The notes under the pieces were generated by a model, which was not told the DNA's origin, did not search any database, and saw only the letters and a program-made list of their open reading frames with translations. Made by a program: the position numbers and the translations under genes. 64,000 bases of DNA from Yuukianura sp. NJ FZ-2021. Lineage: Eukaryota. The first letter of the stretch is position 1, and every line of letters starts with the position of its first letter. Below are positions 37,752 through 51,512 of this stretch, one piece after another. Location of the stretch: assembly GCA_046563655.1 (NCBI GenBank), contig CM102290.1:3968001-4032000 (forward strand), in the 5' to 3' direction.

Positions 37752-40700
37752 TTAATCCTCCTCATATGCCCCAACTTCTTCGTCGTCTGAAGACAGCAAT
37801 TCATCACGCAAACCTGGCTCGCTATCTCCACTATCAGAATCATAGCCACCAGGTAAGCTGTAGTCGACTTTAGTTCCCGTTTGTTTCAGCATTTCTAGTG
37901 CGGGCGTATCTGCTTCTTCCTCGGAAGTGTAGCCCTTCTCTTCGTCATCACCTTCCAATGTGTATTCATCCACTCTTCGTTTCAACCATCGGCATTTTCG
38001 ATTGCCCTCCAACAAGTACGGCCAGAATATCTTCCGACACAGTTTCCTCAACTTGATAGTAACGTATTGCCCGTTTCGGGTTTCGATGATATTTGGCAGT
38101 ACTTTCCCAACCAACTCCAACTCAAATCCGTATCCCTCTGGTTCTTTGGACGTGAATATGACTCGGTCGTTAGTGGTGGATTTGTTCACCTCGATCTTGT
38201 AATCAGTCAAGTCTACAATATGAATCCAGATGATAATTTCGTTTGGAGTTTGTTTCCACTCCACGCTGGGCTTCAGTAGCTGTGCACTAGCCGGGTTAGT
38301 GAGGACGAGTTCTTCAAGGGCACTGGATAATGAGGGTGATTTGACTTCTTTGGCTTTCGGCACTGGAGCGGCTATGCACAACGTCAACAATGTTGGTTAA
38401 TAACTCCAATCAAAATCAGTTTCACATGAATGAACTTTTTTTTTTAGCTTACCGGTTGGCTTTTTGACTTCTTTGTCAGCAATGGCTAGTTTTGACGAAG
38501 GATGTGGAAGTTTTGATACGGCATTCATAACTGGTTCCAGGATTCCAAAGTCAGCCAATATGCTCGCAGCCATTCTACCGTTCTCCTCCGCATCATTGCT
38601 GTCTAATCCAAGGCAGACATCGAAGTCGTCATCGTTAAGAAATCCATCTAGGTCATCTGTGTCGGAATCCTCGTCGGGTGCCATCGCTTCATCTATGATC
38701 TTGTTATACTGCTTTAAGCAAGCTTGTTTCCAAGCTGCAATGGCTGGAAGCACATCCGGATCAATTCTGGCTAGTGACTTAGCTTCAAGGATTTTTCCAA
38801 TCTCTTCCCCAGTGTGCGGGTCAAAGATCAGAGAATCGTAGACGTTGCAAAGCTTGACGCCGTGCATGACATGGGAATCCAGTTTCTGTTTTACCTGTTT
38901 ACAAAGTCCGGGAAATAATGTTTAGCGGGGGCAGCCAAAAATTCATAATCAGTATTATCGCAATATGAACTTACAACAACTTCCAGCAACTGGGAAATTC
39001 CGTCTTTGATGAAGTACTCTTTCGTTGCATTGTAAAATGATTTACCAAAGTCACTTTCTCCTTCCTTCGGCAGCACATGCGCACAACCGATTCGGATTGC
39101 CTGGAACGGAAGCTTAGTTACATATTCTGTCTTGAGCGGAAACATCTCCTTCATGGACACTTCAAATGCCATGTCCCCGTTGTCAACATAGAAAACATCG
39201 AAATAGGGCTTTTCATCTACAATCTTTTTGTTGACAATCATTCCACGATTCCAGCTAGTAATTGAAGAAAGAAATGTTAACTCATTAAGTAAGCGTTCCT
39301 TATTTAAATAAATTATATTAAATCATCTTACGCTTTATCCTCTCTCTCAAGTACGGCAACTGGAAGCCCAACTTCGTAGTAGTCTTCAAAAATGCTTGCA
39401 TATTTGTTGTACTTGTCCTGCGTCATTTGCTTAATGTCATCATCCATTGCATTCAGCAGCTTCTCCAGTGTCTCAATCCTATCTCCCCTCTGAACGTAAA
39501 TCTGACGTATGGATGGATAAAAACTGCACCACACATCCGTTTTAAGAATTCCTTTCTCAGTATTTAAGTGGGAAGGAAGAAAAGCCCATTCCACTTTTCC
39601 TCCTTTTGGAAAGAACAGAGTGTCAAGATCTAAAACAGAAAACACAAGGAAACATAAAATTAAACAGAAAACATAAAAGAACATAGATACGTAGGTGTCA
39701 TTCTCTCGTAAAAAACACCAAACTATAGAGGCAGTTTACCTTTGTCGACGAAGTCAATTACGCGATATCTGTCACAGTTCACTTTAGCATCTCGCTCGCA
39801 ACTGTCATACAACAAGTCCATATGCTGAGGATTCCATTCTCCGCAGTTTAAAGTTTTCACAAGTTCAACGCGGAGGTTTCGAATGGGGATCCATTCCCCA
39901 TTAACCCCCTTCTTATGTTCTTGGAACGAATTCACCCAAACGTCGTTCCCAATCGAAAGAACAATCTGAAGACATCAAGAAAAAAAAGCAAGTAGACCAA
40001 TTGAACGATGAACTAACATGTGACATTGTGACAATATTGTTGAATATAACTTACTTTTCCTGTAAAAGTGGAACCCAGAATATTGCTTTCAGTGGCCATG
40101 CGTACAACGTTGCTAGAAAACTTCGATTCGTTGCCATGTGGCTTAATCCCCGCCAAGTAAACGGTGACACAGAGTGGTTTAATGGATTCGACGCCCAGAG
40201 TGTCCGGAAGAACATAGATGTGCTTCGTGGTCCTAATGAGGAAGTTGCCGCAATCTACGAGTAAGACGCGGAACTGAGGATTTTCTGAGTTTCCTAGAAT
40301 ACTGTCCACTCGTCCGCGACGATATATCATTTCACTGCCTGTGCCAGGTTCTTGTACAACGCAGTAATCGCCTTCTTTTAAATCCTGGCAGCTGATGCTA
40401 CATTAAGCAAATTCAAAGGCTCAAAAGGCTTTTCTAAGGCATCAAAATTAGCTACAACTTCGAATTCACATCGGAAAACGTACGCATTTTCGGGGTTGCC
40501 AAAGTGCTTGTCCAGATCTGCTTGGAGTTTCCGCTCCAGGTTTGCGAATCTAATGACATTGATCTTCTTTTCACCAGCCACGTCGTGGTAACTGATGAGC
40601 TTGCCCAGATAAACAGGAATGTCGATCCTGTGCACCAACAGGACTTGCACCTGTCATAAACATAACAAATAGCTTAGTGATCACTTATACTGCAAGTTTT

Positions 40701-42889
40701 TTCGTTGTCAATGCTTACTCGTCCTATTTTTGGCAACGTTGGATCCTGCGCAAAATCATCCTCAGTGAATGAATGCCGCTTGTTGCATGGGACAACGTTC
40801 AGACATTTTCCGTACGCTTTGAAATCTTTGCACAAGGCCTCTTTGGAATTTCGCTTCTTGGCTTGCTAGAAAGTTTACGTACGCTTTTGACTCAAAGTAC
40901 TGAATGATTACTTGGCCTCCTCCAACTCAACACTTACTTTTTCAGCATATTCAAGCAGTTCTTCTGGAATGTCTACACCAATATAGTGGAGCTTCTGCAT
41001 GATTTTCTCAAATTCATTATCCTGATTTGTGATGAAAACGTGAGATTCCAGCGGCTAGTAAACATTTCATTATTAACGACATGTTAATGAATCATTAACA
41101 CAATTATCAACTGCAGGCCGTCCGTGTAAAGGAACTAATGTGGTACTGAGTGAACGCTTACAACTTTACTTCTCAAGGCATCATCTCCACGAACACTGTA
41201 ATCGGTGACAATGGGGAAATTGTCCCACATCAACATGTGGCGGTCGGCAAACGCTTCTTTCTTGCCTTGCAGTGGTAGGTCGTAGTGAATGATGTATTCG
41301 GCGTCATGTATTTGAAGGTCTTTCATATAACTTTCGCATATCACCAAAACGATCTTCTCATTCACGGCCATATCCCAACGGTGCTTTAGTTCTGAAAATA
41401 ATAAGCAAAAGCAAGTTATCTTTCAATACTAAAATTATATCGTTATTTCTAAATGACTTCCTTACGTCGAATTTTCTCAACATTGACATCGCCTAACAAG
41501 GTATGCGTGTTAGTTATATAGCTGTTCCGAACTAACTGCGCGCGAATATCTCCTGCTGTAAGTGTATCAGCACAGAACACAATTATACGAGAATCAGGAA
41601 ACTCCTTGCATAGGCCTGTAGCGATCAAAACCAAAAGAAAGTTAGATTCATCAATTCAACATCAAATGGAACCCACAAGTAAAATAAGACATCTTACGTT
41701 GAACGGCAAGCATTTTTTCACTCTTGCCCACAAAGTAGTGCACTCGTGTAAGAATGTCCCCATACTGAATACTAGCCATAGACGACTCAATGAAAATAAC
41801 GGCATCATTACAAATGTTTAAAGTTGCCGAAGCTACGATGTCATTCCATTCTGTTCCGCAAAAGATTGTCTGCAATGGTCCAGGTTCATGTTGTCTTGAG
41901 CGAGAATGGTGAATTTTCTCAACTAGGAACTTAAAAGGTTCCATGGCGTAACGACATATCTGCTGGAAATCGTCCACCACAAGAAATCGAAGCCTGGAAA
42001 AGTTGCCCATATAATTCATAGACTATTTACATGTTATGTTTAGGATAAAACCTGTTACCAGTAACACGTACCGTTCAAATCGAAATTTTTCGAAACTGAC
42101 ATTGAATAAGTTTTCAGCTCCTTTCGGCGTGGTTATAACAAAGTCCGTATCACCGCGCAAATTTTTCTTCGAAGTTGTGTCACTCAAGTCCCCGACAATG
42201 ACAACAGTAACATTTGTCCCTTGAACCAAGTTTGATAGCATTCCACCAACTTTGTCACATGACTTCGAACTGCCACAAAGTATGAGACCAATCGGTCCGA
42301 TAGGTTTCGGAACGTTTTCCTAAGTAAAGCAATCAGAAATAGTGGAGGAATCAGCCACTCTATTTAGAACATGAAGATAAATTACCTTGACACGGATGGC
42401 GTTCTCTGAATTGGAAAGGGAAAGTTGTGCAATGGGTGCTAGATAAGCCAGTGATTTCCCCTTCTTCGAATTAGTTCCACCAATGATCGTACAATCTCTT
42501 CCACGGATAATATGAGGCCATACGCAGCGCTGGAGCGAATTAAGTGATTCGATTTGGTAACTTAATAAAGCTTTGGAAATTGTTCTGGCGTCGTCCCCTC
42601 CACGGCATATGTCAGTCTCATCCAGCAAATCCTTACCAACCATTAGTGTTCGGCTGAACTGTGCCGAATACTTTATGTTTGGTTGTTCCATTCTGGTATT
42701 AGTCGTATGTATCAATGGCATGGACGGGAATACTGTCATTCCGAGCTTTTCATTCGCCAGTTCTTGCTTCCTTTCAAATACGCTGTTTGACTCCCTCAAG
42801 ATTTCGTTCAACGGTAATCCCCTTTTACTAGGCTTCGGATCTTGATTTTCGGAGGCCCTTGAGCAGGGAGGCTGCCGAGTCCGGTCCAT
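37752..42889 (-). CDS. TDRD12: TDRD12/Yb-family Tudor-helicase piRNA biogenesis factor (~1352 aa): DEAD-like helicase, CCCH finger, two extended Tudor domains, CS/p23 domain, acidic tail
   Basis: 14 exons: 42889-42386, 42319-42101, 42022-41698, 41615-41466, 41391-41162, 41054-40938, 40865-40719, 40650-40484, 40397-40055, 39965-39740, 39629-39332, 39254-38975, 38885(or 38894)-38453, 38371-37752; total 4059 nt in frame. Helicase motifs: LNSLQRCVWPHIIRGRD, GKSLAYLAP, VITTP, LVVDD, IIHYDLP. Tudor motifs: YRRGRV..VLLVDCG and WNRGMI..VFYVDNGD..LPFQAI. CS domain: KPSVEWKQTPNEIIIWI. Confidence 0.85.
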
Positions 42890-44627
42890 TCTGCCAGCTG
42901 ACCAAATATCCTTCCTCCTCGGTGTTCTCAACGAAACTACTATAAAAACAGAGACTGTCAAGTCAAGTAGCAAATCGGTTACAATACAAGTAGATGAGGA
43001 TGGCATTGACATAAGATTTTACCGATAGCGATGCAGGATTCTTCTCAGTATGATCGAATTGGTGAAATGTTCAGACCACGCAAGCGACGAAGACGATTGG
43101 TTTCTATCTCTTACGGCCTCTGCTCTCTCAAGTGTTATTTTTATCCGACCTAATACGCAAAATTGACGTACTCGACCCGGTACAGACCCGGTCGGGACTG
43201 TAAAAGTTTGCACGCTAAAAATAGAAATAAACTCCCGCGATACCGTGTTTTCATTATAGCACGCATGCCATGTTATTATGCTCAACAACAAACTGTACTT
43301 GTCCAATAATATTCTATTTGTGCAACACTTACATGTATATTTGGGCACATCGCTGACAAACCAGTACTTATTTCTGCAAACAACACTTCTTCAAGAGTCA
43401 AATTGTAAACAATAATCTGAATTTTAATTAACAATATTTATTTAATGTTTACTTTATATTATGTTCCCCATAACATACATTTAGCATAGAAGTTTTCCTG
43501 TACTGCATTACTGCCCAACTGTGGCACCACTGGGAGGTGCAGAAGGAACTTTCTGCACAGTTGAACTTTTTCATCTCGCAATTTATTTCCGTCCGACGCT
43601 ATTACTTCCTTATACACACGAAATAAATTCCAGAGGGGCTCTACTAAACTACAAACTCAAATTGGTTGTTAATAGTTAGTCAATTACGGAATAAACTCGT
43701 TGATTTGCTAATTAATGTTATCAGATAACGTTCAATTTAATGTAACTAATGTAATATATGTCAACAGAACACCAATTAACTACTCTACAAACTCCGCACT
43801 ACTTTTCTAAACCTATGGTGTTCAGTTGTCAATAGAACTTCTCAAAACACTTTCTAATTTATATTAACTTTTATATGTACATACTACTTCACAGCAATTA
43901 TAATTAAGTGAGGTTCGAGTAATCGTGACATTAGGATACAATCACGATTTCTGGTAAAACTTTGCTAGGAACAAACGGTCAAGCAGATTTAGAAAACTAC
44001 TTCAAATCTATGACTGGGATTTTCACTGAATAGATATTTTACAGTCTAAGGTACATCACGAAAGGTTAAGTGCATAACTAACAGGGTTAACAGGGTTGTT
44101 TGTAGGTTCTTCTGTCGAAGTAAATAGTGCTCTAGTAATTGGTAAACCATGGTTACAACGTACGTAAGGTTAAGTAGTGTTAAGTTGACATCAATGTCAC
44201 AAGTACAAGGCCATTTGCCAACTACTAGACAAGAACGTTACACTTCAGTTGAAACATTAAGTTAAGAGGTTACCTGGACTATATCACAAAGCTTAAGTCT
44301 GAATGCCACTTTTGACAAAATGCAAAATAATTAGTTACATTACATTATTCTTATTCCTATCGCATATAAATATGGTTAAACTTGCAAATACCAAGTTACA
44401 CAAATCTCACCGTTCATTCAAATCACTCATAATAAGTGATGTACTAATAGTACATGTATCCTATGTTAACAGCATTTTGGAGACCGGTTCGTGGATTCAA
44501 TTCATTATCTTCAGATCTATCCTTTTGTTTCTCAGTCAATTCCTTATAAAATAATGCATTGGTTTACTGCTGAAAGAGAAAGTGTATTCTCATGGTGTAA
44601 CAAAATGTACACCGGTATTTGTCCATT

Positions 44628-47600
44628 TTAGATTCGGAAGGATTCTGACTTGGAATCAATGTGCTTGAGACGAAGAAACACATCAGTTCCAATTCCTTGA
44701 AGAGACTGAATCGTCAAGGAGCCTCCGAGATACTCCGCATAGGCACGAGAGGTTGGAAGCCCAAACCCATAACCATGCATTGGTCCAGTCGTCGTACTAT
44801 TCGCTGCCTCCATCATGTTCGTAAATACGTGGGAATCGGGGCGATTGTCCAAGTCTGACTCGGCAGTGCTAAAGTTGTATTGCATTATTCTCGGCATCAC
44901 GGAGTGTGGGATTCCACCGCCTCGGTCAGAGATTCTGAAATTCAAAGAAAGAAAAGTTATTTGAAGGAAGCACGACAACGTTGAAATAGTGATTCACTCA
45001 ATTAAGCTACTCATTGTCAACTGATATGACGGAAAAAATCAGATTTTAGACTGTCAAGACAAACCTGATAATGAAATCAATGTCATTATTTGCAATGGTA
45101 ATTTGAATTGGTGGTAAAGAGCCTTCGTTGAGCTCAGCGTGAGATTCAATTGTCGCACGGACAGCATTTTTCAAGAGCTAGTAAAGTGAGACAGATATTG
45201 CTGAAAATTTCATTTAAAAATGTGCTGAATGAAGATACCTTACCTCAGGAAATATGTAATCCAAGGGCAACTGGATGTAAGGAAACGTTGCATTTATATG
45301 ACCCGACATTTTGATTCGTGGGGCTTTCCCATATTTGTCTTGAGCTATTCGCGTTACAAAATCTGCCCATCTTTCAATTACATCTTTCACACGCATTGAA
45401 ATGTTGATAATTCCAACGTGATTGGGCTAAAACAAGAATTTAAGATAATAAATTTTCTTTATCGTCAATTGGATATTAAATATTTTTCAACATCCGCACG
45501 GAATTATTCTTACCTTGTTTTCACCCAACGCCAAATGATGAGTAGCTAGCATCCGAATGCCAAGTCGCGACGTCAGCGTTCGATCCAGAAATTGTTTCAC
45601 CATATCTTCTTGCTAGAGATCGGTAAGTAATCAGTTGTTTTAGAATACCATCACCCTATTTTAGAACAATTTTGTTGTATGTTTCACAGTAGTTATACCT
45701 TGATATGTTTTCGACATGTTCGAAATCCTTCAGCAAGTTGTGTCACCACGTTCTTGAAATCCTCTAACAAATTTTCCAGAACTTGGCTGTATTCAGCTTC
45801 ATCCTTCAGATCTTGAATTTGTGGAATGTCGTGCAAAATATGAAACGCACGAATGTACATCTCGTGCTGAAAGTTGATATTTAAAAACATGCAAAAGTAA
45901 GAAAAATGTGGTTACCAAAATCATATTTTACTTCATACCACGGCCAAAATTGTGGGATTGCATCCAACGATAAACGGTAAATTTCTGAATCCTGCAATTC
46001 GATGTGCAATCCTAACTGGAAGTTCTTTCTGCAAGTACTGGGCGCTTTTCTACATAAAAAAAAACAAAAATATAATTTCAGGTCTAACATCATTAAAACA
46101 GTTTCGTTGTGTTGTGTCATAATCCATTACCAAAACGTGGCTCCGTCCATCGCTGCTCTTTCCAGCGTACATAATGGTTGCCGGCGTCAGACGAACAGAT
46201 TGCTACAAATATACATAACACGTGAACCAGTGTTGGCCTTGTAATTACGAAAATTTCATTATCACAATATGAAAATCTCTCAACGTGGAAGCAAGACGTT
46301 GCAAAATTTGTTGTTGTGAAGATGGAGAGAGCGTGGTTATTGATGTCACAAGCGAAACAGGTCATTTCCTTGGCCTAAGTGCTGATAACACAAACAGTGC
46401 TAACCATTAAACTAACTTAGGAAGTTAACCCTTTGTTAGTCTGTCAAATGAACTCAAAGATGAACGATATGGAATACATCAATAACAACTTTCCTCACGA
46501 TATTCTGCTCATCAAAATAAGCTGAAAGGTCAAGTGGGTCCTAATAGTGACTCAAATGTAACCGATGCTGCATGAGATGTAAAGTCCTTGACAGCGTATG
46601 CGTTTATGTGAAATTTTGGGTTTCCCATCTTTCCAGCAGGAAGATAGATGAAAATTGGTGTTTACTGTGAAAAAATGTACATGCACGTTTAAATTGCCTT
46701 TCCGTTTTGTAATTGTAGTAGTCCCAACAAAATTATAAAATGCTCATTGTTCATCTCATGTTTACTAACCAGTATGTACCACTTTAACCTGTGAAGCATA
46801 AGTTTGTTATGAATTCGAAATCCATATTCGCAGTTTAAATGCTAAGTGGCTTTAGAAGTTAGCAAAACAATGCACCATTAAAAATGAGGCTTAAAATCTC
46901 GAACAGTTTTTACACATTGCTCGTTGGAAACCATTCTTATTGTTATTATGAGAATTAAAATGTATAAAAGCGAAAGTAGAAAAGAATTGTTCCTTATTCT
47001 AACATCATCGTTCATGATCTTATTGGATTTGAAAAAAAAAGTATTTGGAAGGAGGCCATGGTCATTCATCTCTCATCCAGCACAAGCTGCGGATGGCATT
47101 GCAAAAAAATTGAAATCGAGTTTTGCAACACGAAGTATTCGAAGTGGTGATGTTATTTTGCTAACTAACCTTGATCATCGTGCCTAAAAATAATAAAACC
47201 GCATTTCTTCCTACGAATACATTTGGAATATAGCCTAACCACTAACTGAAATAAGCTACTGGAAAAGTATTCTCCATCCTATATTCTAGCATTCTGGATA
47301 CTCTCCAGCAACCAGACGACCCACATGCTGTTCACGTGCAATGAATCTGCGATCAATAAACTCGGCACAAGTAGGACACCTCAGCCTAAGAACCGAATTT
47401 TACCACGCGCCTACCAACCACCCTGCCCTCAATTTCTTGTAACGGGCTTACACTTCCTCAACTCTGGTTTTAACACCGTTAAGCCAAAATGCAATTAAAA
47501 ATTTAGATCTAACGACAGTCCTAAAACAAAAAAGAGACTACGAGCTTCTACGAAGCACTTAACCAGAACTAAGGATTTGTAATTTTAAAGTTGTTAAAAT

Positions 47601-47821
47601 TGACTTACACATGCCGCTGCAGCATCAATGGCACTCTGATTATAGAAGGATGTAACGGTCCGGTTCCTTTCTCGGGTTGTTGAAACGTCTTGGCTAAAGT
47701 CGAGTCGCTGTCTCGTCGGTGAGGCAGAGGAAGAGTAGTGTTTGGGCCGTGTGACATTGGCCAGGGTAGTGAAGACTTTGGATGCATTGAATGTCCCTTT
47801 AGGAAGGAGATAGGAATGCAT
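44628..47821 (-). CDS. BCKDK: Mitochondrial branched-chain alpha-ketoacid dehydrogenase kinase (~421 aa)
   Basis: Exons: 47821-47609, 46202-46131, 46049-45939, 45866-45699, 45612-45514, 45426-45244, 45177-45065, 44934-44628; total 1266 nt. BCKDK-type motifs [94 protein letters not shown]-terminal ESFRI. Confidence 0.95.
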
Positions 47822-50800
47822 GGTTGATGGATGAGGATGACACCGTGCTGGAACCTGTTGTCCTGGCCAGAGTTCAATGTCATCTAACGGGACGGTGCTT
47901 CCGTTGAAGTAGATCCTGTATCCGACCCGTTTCCTTGGTGCTTGGTCTCGCTGTCACTTTCAAGGTTATTTCAAGTGGGTACTGCAACTGCTTCTGAGCG
48001 AACCCCCGGTCTCCGAACTCCGATCAGCCGTCCCAGGGAGCAGGAACCTGGTAAGAGCAAAGTAAGATCCAGAGTGAGTCAAGATATCTGTGTGCCAGAC
48101 ACTTTTGTTTGGGAAAAGGCTTTGACTTTTAGAAAAAACTGTTTTGTATCCCAGTCTCTCTTATACCAAGTTTTGCTAAGCAAAGAACCACGCGAACACC
48201 ATGATGTTAGATTTACAGAGGATCACAAAAGTATGGAGCAAATAACGGGATCCAGGAAAATAAGCAAACAATAGCGTACCAATTATTGGAAAACTACTAG
48301 GCCAGATTGCTTTCAATGATCCTCCCAGTCCCAGATGCTTGTCACTACGTTAGTAATTCCCCGGCGCAAAGTTCACGAAATTCTTCAAGGGCATCCTAAG
48401 AACAAAGAATTATAACAACCCCTTTGTTGTACTTGATCCTCCAAACACGAATTGAACACTTACTAATTGAGCAGAGAAGACACGCTTCGAGCCCATGCAT
48501 CCATGAATCAGTGAATGTCAGTTACTCTAATCCGTAAGGTCGCTGATCAGTTGTGTATCGATGGGACTAAAACCACGAACTAAATGGAACTTCTAAACTT
48601 GCAAACGAAGGAGAACTAACCGCTTGCACTCGATGTGTGGCTGCTTCGATGATGCATCCACCATACCACCGGATTTAGCCTGGACTTTGTACCTTCAAAT
48701 ATCAAAACATCCAACTGAAAAATGAGCAAAGTCTAGCGCAATAAGTTTGTGACACCAAAGCCAAACCATGCCAACCATTGCAATCCAAAAAAGCACAATA
48801 TAATAATAACGTCAAAAATATCTCGGTTACGATGAGTATATTTTATTGCTCGACTTACTATGTAGTACCAGCGTCCAATTAGTTGCAGAGCTTCTGATAC
48901 GGATATCCCCCAAGTCAATCAGTCGATATGTCCAGCTCCAGATGACCTTTCAACGGTTTGGCTGAAGTATTCGGGTGTTGCTTATTTTAGTAACTTTCGT
49001 GTACGGATGACAAATTGCGATTAACTCAATGTCACCACATCGTGCTCCTGCTCACGCATGCATGAGTTACTAAAAAGTAGATTTGTTTTTTTGTAAATTT
49101 GTTTTCCAATTGGCAGAATAATTTCGCCCCCAACAATAGAGAGATTTAGATGCTAACTTGAACATGGATTGTGAATCTTTCCTCCCAAAACTTTGTTGAC
49201 GTTTGTTTTATGTCTAGCGATAAATTAATAGAATGACGAGGAAGATTCCGTTTACTTGTTTATTGACGTTCAGTCTAAAGTCCAAATTAACACAGTGAAT
49301 TAACTGATCATTATTACATGATTTAAACTATCATATTCCCTCAATTGGTAATAATTCCTGCCGCTTTGTTATTATTGATGTTTGATATGCCGATAATGAT
49401 GACGCTGGCACTTTAAGTGGTTGTTTGTTGTGCAATTTATAATTCATTGTCCAAGTCGGTCTCAAAATGCCTTTCGCAAAAAATGTCAACAAAACAATAG
49501 ATTAAAATATCACGTGTATCAACAACTTTTTTTTTTGCTAGTCTCAATCAGTAAAAAGTGGATTCTATACCTGTCTGAAACTGGAAAGGTTTCAGTGTTT
49601 TTAAAGTCCTGAGTTCTGTATTTTAAGTTCGAATAGCTTTTCTTCGTAGAGACTTGGCTTGCATGACCAAACAATTGAATCTATGATTTCAATTAATGGT
49701 AATTAATTAATTCACATAAAAAATACAAAAACGTTGATTATTTATTTGGTAATTCGGAATTTCACAGGACGGGTTTGAAAAAAACTTTAAAACGTAAAAA
49801 AATATACGTCCTGTGTGAGCGTGACCTTCAATAGCTCCTTATGTCAGCGTTCAGCAGTCGAGTTTTTTTTCAAGGGTTTGCTATTGACTATCACATCTTA
49901 TTTGCGCTTCACACTTTATAAATCTATTAAAAACGTTACCTACTTTCTGTAAAATCAATAATTTAATCATTAATACAAATAAGGGCTGCTCCCGTCATAA
50001 TTTTTGCGCAAATTTTAGTTTGTATCTCAAAGAAAGGTCTCACAAAATTAATTTCTATTCCAAGAACAAATTAGTTGCTTTCGGCATGTACGTTTACAAA
50101 ATCGTCGGACAATCTTGAGAGTATCAACTGTTGAGGTCAAGAGGTCACGTATTCGCTGATACATTATGAGATGAAAATTAGTAATTGTTTCGTGGCTTTT
50201 AACTGTGCAGCGATGGCATTGGCGCGTTAATTTAAATAAGTCAAAGATGAGGTGTCAAATTCAAAAATTATTCCGGTAAAATCTTCTTGGCAATTGTAAA
50301 AGCTACATTTCTATGGGGGGAGTTTTGCTGATTAATGTTAGGAATTTCTCCACATTAGGAATGCCTAAAATACGGGCTATTCCTAATGCAGAAAATCCTG
50401 ACGTTCAATTCCTAATGCAGAAATTCCTGACGTCCAATTTCTAATGCAGAAAATCCTAACGTTCAATTCCTAATGCAGAAATTCGAAAATCCTACTGTAG
50501 AAAATCCTAACGTTCAATTCCTAATGCAGAAATTCCTACTGCAGAAATTGCTAATGTTCAATTTCTAATGCAGAAATTGCTAATGTGCAATTTCTAATGC
50601 AGAAATTGCTAATGTGCAATTTCTAATGCAGAAATTGCTAATGTGCAATTTCTAATGCAAAGAATCGTGGCAGCTCATTTCTAATGCAAAAAAAGCTGCC
50701 GTTCATTTTCTAGTGTGGAAATTTCTGACCTCTACTTTCTAATGTAGAAAAGATTCCTAATGTGTTTTTACATTACGAATCATTCCCCCAACTGCTCAGA

Positions 50801-51024
50801 GGTGGCGTACACGGGTTGAAATGCACACTCTTTGTTTTCATTGTGAACAATGCAATGTAATAACCTGTTCTCAGAATAAAATGATTAAATGAATGAATAT
50901 TATAATACTAATGAGATCTTACGGGTGAGTGTGATTCCGGAACCGCATAGTTTACTAGTCGATTTGTTTATTCTCAATTTCGATGATTCCCAAACTGATG
51001 AGCATGCACGTAAACCTTTATTGG

Positions 51025-51512
51025 TAGAGCTGCCAAACATATATATTTAAATATAAAACATTTTAATATGTAAATATATTTTAATATTGTAAAACATATT
51101 TGGGGAAAAAAGAAAATACCAAATATTTATGAAAATTCTAAATATTTGACGACATTTTTTTCACAAATTTTGAAAATATTAACGACTTTACGTAATATTT
51201 CTTTTTTGTGCCGAGTTTTGAAAAAAAAAAAACTTGGAAATCAACTGGCTTGAATGATATATTGATTCTTCACGAAAATTTGTACTTCGGAAAACTGTCA
51301 AGCTTTTTTTTTGTGTGACTCTTCTTTTCCAGGGTTTTTCTCATAAACGAAAGTGGGTTAATGGCAAAATTGATGCAAATTTCCAACCTTGCTTAGAGAA
51401 ATTAATATTTATCCCCATAAATACTGACCATTTTAGTAAATGTTTTCTGGTTTCGATAGTAAATTTTAAATAAATATTTCATTGGTTTTAGGACATATTT
51501 TTGGCAGCTCTA
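51025..51512. mobile_element. hAT-type MITE in the foldback spacer
   Basis: TIRs TAGAGCTGCCAAACATAT / ATATTTTTGGCAGCTCTA. Degenerate 8-bp TSD TTTATTGG / TTCATTAG. AT-rich interior. Confidence 0.8.
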
